Source of the DNA: Sminthopsis crassicaudata
Taxonomy: Eukaryota
Direction of reading: 5' to 3'
Length of the DNA stretch: 64,000 bases
NCBI RefSeq assembly: GCF_048593235.1
Contig: NC_133623.1
Coordinates: 56,572,066 to 56,636,065, forward strand
Made by a program: the position numbers and the translations under genes. Shown here piece by piece: positions 59,450 to 64,000 of this stretch. Below the pieces are notes generated by a model. It was not told the DNA's origin. It did no database searches and saw nothing but the letters and a program-made list of their open reading frames with translations. Position 1 is the first letter of the stretch; each line of letters opens with the position of its first letter.

Positions 59450-60210
59450 TTATTTTATTTTATTTTTATTTACCAGATATATGCATGGGTAATTTCACAA
59501 CATTGACAATTGCCAAACCTTTTGTTCTAATTTTTCCCCTCCACCCTCCGCAAAGGCACGTTGACTAATACATGTTAAATATGTGAAAGTATAAGTTAAA
59601 TACAATAGATGTCTACATGTCTAAACAGTTGTTTTGCTGTACAAAAGGAATCGGACTTTGAAACAGTGAACAATTAGCCTGTGAAGGAAATCCAAGATGC
59701 AGGTGGACAAAAATAGAGGGATTGGGAATTCTATGTAGTGGTTCATAATCATCTCCCGGAGTTCTTTCACCAGGTGTAGCTGGTTCAGTTCATTACTGCT
59801 CTATTGGAACTGATTTGGTTCATCTCATTGTTGAAGAGGGCCTCGTCCATGAGAATTGATCCTTATATAGTGTTGTTGTTGAAGTGTATAATCCCCTGGT
59901 CCTGCTCATTTCATTCAGCATCAGTTCCTGTGAGTTCTTCAGGCTTTTGTGAATTCATCCTGTTGGTCATTTCTTACAGAACAATAATATTCCATAATCT
60001 TCATATTCCACAATTTATTCATCTATTCTCCAATTGATGGCATCCACTCAGTTTCCAGTTTCTGCACTACAAAGAGGGCTGCCACAAACATTCTTGGTCC
60101 CTTTCCCTTCTTTAAGATCTCTTTGGGATATAAGCCTAGTCGTCTGTATCCTTGTATCCCTGTACCATAGCTGGGTCAAAGGATACGCACAGTTTGATAA
60201 CTTTTTGAGC
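59450..60210 (-). mobile_element. Antisense marsupial L1 3' region
   Basis: Long T-rich tail (59425-59470) followed by sequence homologous to 56430-56900. Confidence 0.6.
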
Positions 60211-60789
60211 ATAGTTCCAAACTGCTCTCCAGGAGATCCAGCATTTGTAACAAGGCATTCCCGGTATGGTCCCTACCCTCCCATCTCCCAGCTTCGTGCT
60301 TTGGCTCTGATCTTAGATGGGTCCCATTACCTGGTTTTCAAGCCCAGCCCCCAGGAATCCTCCTGTCCCCACCCCTCACTCCAGCGGCAGGCCAGGAAAG
60401 AGCTCTTGGGGACCTCCAGAGCTTTAGAAGCTCCCTCCAGCTCTCTTAAGGTTCTCCAAATCTTTGGTTTGAAGCTGCCCAGGTGGGTTCCCCGAGGGCA
60501 GGGCTGGCAGCCAGTGCAGAAGAACTCTGCCCAGACATAACTACTGGGACATTGGAAAGAACCCCGATTCTGGGAGGAGAGGCCCCTGGCTCCAGGCCAG
60601 GCTCTCAGCTTAGACAGGCTGCCTCAGCCAAAATGCTTCCTTTCCCAGCCTCAGTTTCCTCATTTGTAGAATGGATTGTCCTCTGAGGTCCCTTCGGGGT
60701 CTGTTTCCCTTCTTAGGTTTGTCTTCCCTCTCAGAGTAATCCACGTACAGGGAGCATCTGGGGAGTCCACTCTCTCTTCTTCCCTAGGA

Positions 60790-60792
60790 GTG

Positions 60793-60836
<44 letters not shown>
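60790..60836. repeat. (TG)n microsatellite
   Basis: About 23 TG units with one CG interruption. Confidence 0.95.
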
Positions 60837-60839
<3 letters not shown>

Positions 60840-62488
60840 ACCCACACATGGCAACAGAGACCCACCTGGATGTGCATGTATGTACATGTGCATGTTCATG
60901 TAAGTGTGTGCACACACACTGTGCATGTATGTGTATGTGCACTGTGAGTTGGAGTGAAGGCTACACGTCCTCCTCTGGTTGTTTTGTGGCCAGGATGAAG
61001 TGGAGCTCCAGGTCTCCCAGCTCCCTGCCTTCCACTCCTCCTGTTGTGTCCTCCCCCGCCGGCCTGCTTGGGGGCTCACTTCTCATGGCCGAGGGGCACT
61101 GGACGGAGGCTGAGTGCTTTAGCTCCTGAGCCACAGGGTAGCACCATTATGCCGGGAAGCCGGGGACCTGGGATGGGGGAGCCCTTCCTTGGACCCTGAG
61201 AAGGAGCTGAGGGACCACCAAGGCAAGCCCTTCATGGGGCAAGCATTCTCCTGCCGACAGAAAGAAGCAAGTTAGTGAGAGAATCAGAGCTCCAGCTCAG
61301 GGGGAGCTGGTCTGGGCAGCTAAGCTCAGGCCTGGGGGTTCTGAACATCCCTGGGAGAGCCACTACTCCAACTCCCAAGAGGTCTTGAAAGGTAGCTCCA
61401 CCAACCCAGCCCGGGCAGGGGAGATAGACAAGTTAGCATCTTTTGCCACTGGGAACATCCCCTCCCAAAGGAGGTCAGCCTTCTGGGACACCCAGCTTGG
61501 GAGGGGACGGGCTCCCACTCTCCCCTTTCAGTGTCTGATGAGTAGAAGAAATGGGCATTTCTAATCTGCCCTTCCCCAGGAGTTCAGAGCCAGAGAGGAT
61601 CTGAGAGGAGACTCCAAGCCATATCCTGGGAAGGGGATCTTTGGACAGAAGAATGAGATATAGGGCTCGGAGATTTACTGTCCCCAGGTCATCTCCAGAA
61701 AGAGGGAGGAAGATGTGTTTAGTGTGACTCAATTATTTCAACATTCTTTAATCTTTAAAAAAAATACATTTGTTTTGCCATCACCTTATTTCCAAACACA
61801 TTTAAAATTTATCTAAATATCTTATTTATAATTTATCTGATTTATTTATAAATTTATTATATAATATTATTACAATTAATATTATGCAATGATTATTATA
61901 ATTTATTGAAATACTTTATTTCTTTTAAAATAAACTTCTCTCTCATCCAGACGCCCATCTCTTGCAACAACAGCAATAATAAAATGCAGCTTTAGTGAGA
62001 CTAAAATATCCCCTGAATGTCTGTAATATTCCACATCTATTGCCCCCCACCTCTGTGAGGAAGAGAGGATCATGCATTTTCTCCCTCTGTTTGGTCATTA
62101 AAAATACATGGTGTCCAGTTTCAAAGTTTTGATTCTTTCTGTTTCCATTTTTGTGGTTTTTATGTACTTTGTTGTATACGCTTCTTATCTTGTTCTTGTA
62201 CTTGTGACCATCGCCTCCCCCTCCTTCAAGTCAGCATAAATACATTTTAAAGTAGCTAGTCTAAAGGGACAATAGCAGGAAATAAGATTGGCAAGGGGAC
62301 CCTGGAAGTTACATACAAATCTTCCCAAAGATCAAAGGAGCAGAACTTACAAAATGCACCCAATATTAAGCAGAATCAGTGGAAGGCCATAGGGGCTGCT
62401 CATGAGGTTCTAGGTTCTGTAATGTGTAAATCACAGACAAATTGCAGACTTCCACAATTCTAGACCAATAGAAGTTCAAAAGGTATTT

Positions 62489-62625
62489 GGGGGCACTAGG
62501 TGGTGCAGTACCAGCCCTGAAGTCAGGAGGACCCAAGTTCAAACCTGACCTCAGACACTTAACATTTCCTGGCTGTGTGACCCTGGGCAAGTCACTTAAC
62601 CCAATTGCCTCAGGGAAAAAAAAAA
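62489..62625 (+). mobile_element. Marsupial tRNA-derived SINE with A-rich tail
   Basis: ggggcactaggtggtgcagt...caggaggacccaagttcaaa...gtgaccctgggcaagtcacttaaccc...cagggaaaaaaaaaa; same family as 49732, with a short deletion after the A box. Confidence 0.85.
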
Positions 62626-63685
62626 GTTCTTTGGGATGACAAGTGTGGGATGGCTTGGGGATGATTTGGAAATGTTCGTTAACAAGATAATTCTTGTCTT
62701 TCCCCCACCCCTATAAAATTAGACCTCAAGCCCCTGCCCCCCCCCCCCCCAGCTCTCCATCAGGGTCCAGGCTGCCCCTTTTCCATGGCTGGAAGAATGA
62801 TATACTCTGCCCTCTGCCCCATCCTCCCCTCCAACGCCACCCACCTTCCTTCAATGTCTGCTCCCTCCACATTCTGCCTCCATGTTTCCTTTGTGGCTCG
62901 TCCCTGCCTGTCATAACCATGTCCTCTGTGCTTAATTAAAATGGGATTGCCAACCTGGATGCCAGTCGTAGTCCCAAAGTACTGGTTGTACCTGCCCTCG
63001 TTTCATAATTTCATAAATTAAGCATTAATCTAGTTGTTGTCTTGATTCATTCTGCCCACGCTTTTTTTTTTTTTAAACAAAAAATCATTTTTATTGACAT
63101 GTCGCCTACAATTTAACAATGTGTTTCTCTTCCTCCTCCCCCAATCTTGTCTCCCAGAGCCTTCTCTTCTAACCCAAAATAAGACAGGAAAAGCACTTGT
63201 GCAAAATCACCAATAGACTGAGAGAATCCAAGATGATGGAGAGTGTTGCAGTGGGGTTAGCACCCAGCCCCCTTGTGGGGCTGGGGGGCTGGGGTGCGCC
63301 ACCTTCTTTGGAAACTCTGGGCCCGGCCTAATCACTCATTATCATTTAATTTTCTCTAAGCTCAGTAGCCATGCTGTTGGCATTCTTCAGTGTTTCTCTG
63401 CCAGAAGTTTTTATTCAGTATGGACTTTGTTCCAGGTTCTGGGGGAGGCTCAAGGGTGAAGGACATGAAGTCCCGGCCCCACAGAGTCCAGCCAAGGTTG
63501 GAACACACATGGGACGTGGGAGCTGCCGGGAAGCCGATTTTATTTCCATATCATCAAGAACGTTTTAAAAACCCAAAATTACTACCATGGTACAGTCTGT
63601 CTCTTCAGATAGTAAGTTTCTCCTCCGAAGTACCAAAATAACAAAGTTTTTGCTTTTGTTTTTGTTTTTTTTTAAGAGTTGGGGG

Positions 63686-63982
63686 NNNNNNNNNNNNNNN
63701 NNNNNNNNNNNNNNNNNNNNNNNNNNNNNNNNNNNNNNNNNNNNNNNNNNNNNNNNNNNNNNNNNNNNNNNNNNNNNNNNNNNNNNNNNNNNNNNNNNNN
63801 NNNNNNNNNNNNNNNNNNNNNNNNNNNNNNNNNNNNNNNNNNNNNNNNNNNNNNNNNNNNNNNNNNNNNNNNNNNNNNNNNNNNNNNNNNNNNNNNNNNN
63901 NNNNNNNNNNNNNNNNNNNNNNNNNNNNNNNNNNNNNNNNNNNNNNNNNNNNNNNNNNNNNNNNNNNNNNNNNNNNNNNNNN
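63686..63982. other. N gap, 297 nt
   Basis: Run of N. Confidence 0.99.
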
Positions 63983-64000
63983 AAAGGGAGAGGAAAGAAA

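Noticed and set aside
53300-64000. CAPN12 or another gene expected downstream by human synteny
   Set aside because: No calpain-like or other recognisable exon was found. The region is dominated by SINE, L1 and CR1 remnants and simple repeats, so the next gene probably lies beyond the window.

Overview
Eukaryotic, intron-containing mammalian DNA. The SINE and L1 types point to a marsupial, probably a dasyurid (inference). The window is syntenic with human 19q13.2 and carries six + strand genes in the human order: the 3' end of SIRT2 (5 exons), RINL, HNRNPL, ECH1, LGALS4 and one LGALS7. All exon chains were built by hand from splice signals and phase, and all join in frame. The most conspicuous oddity is a ~7.6 kb, 24-bp-unit G-rich minisatellite (~318 copies) filling ECH1 intron 2. 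It shows nested higher-order duplications, resembles the classical hypervariable minisatellite core, and has a 5'-splice-site-like motif in every unit. A second VNTR in RINL is made of copies of that gene's own splice donor. Other points: a U12 AT-AC intron, the CA-rich autoregulatory region and an in-frame intron in HNRNPL; no CDK site in the SIRT2 tail; and a 14-codon block shared by LGALS4 and LGALS7 introns that differs almost only at synonymous positions. No prokaryotic-type features (CRISPR, rRNA, tRNA) were found. Most short ORFs in the track are GC-rich or repeat-derived noise. Comparisons to human proteins are from memory and should be confirmed by alignment.
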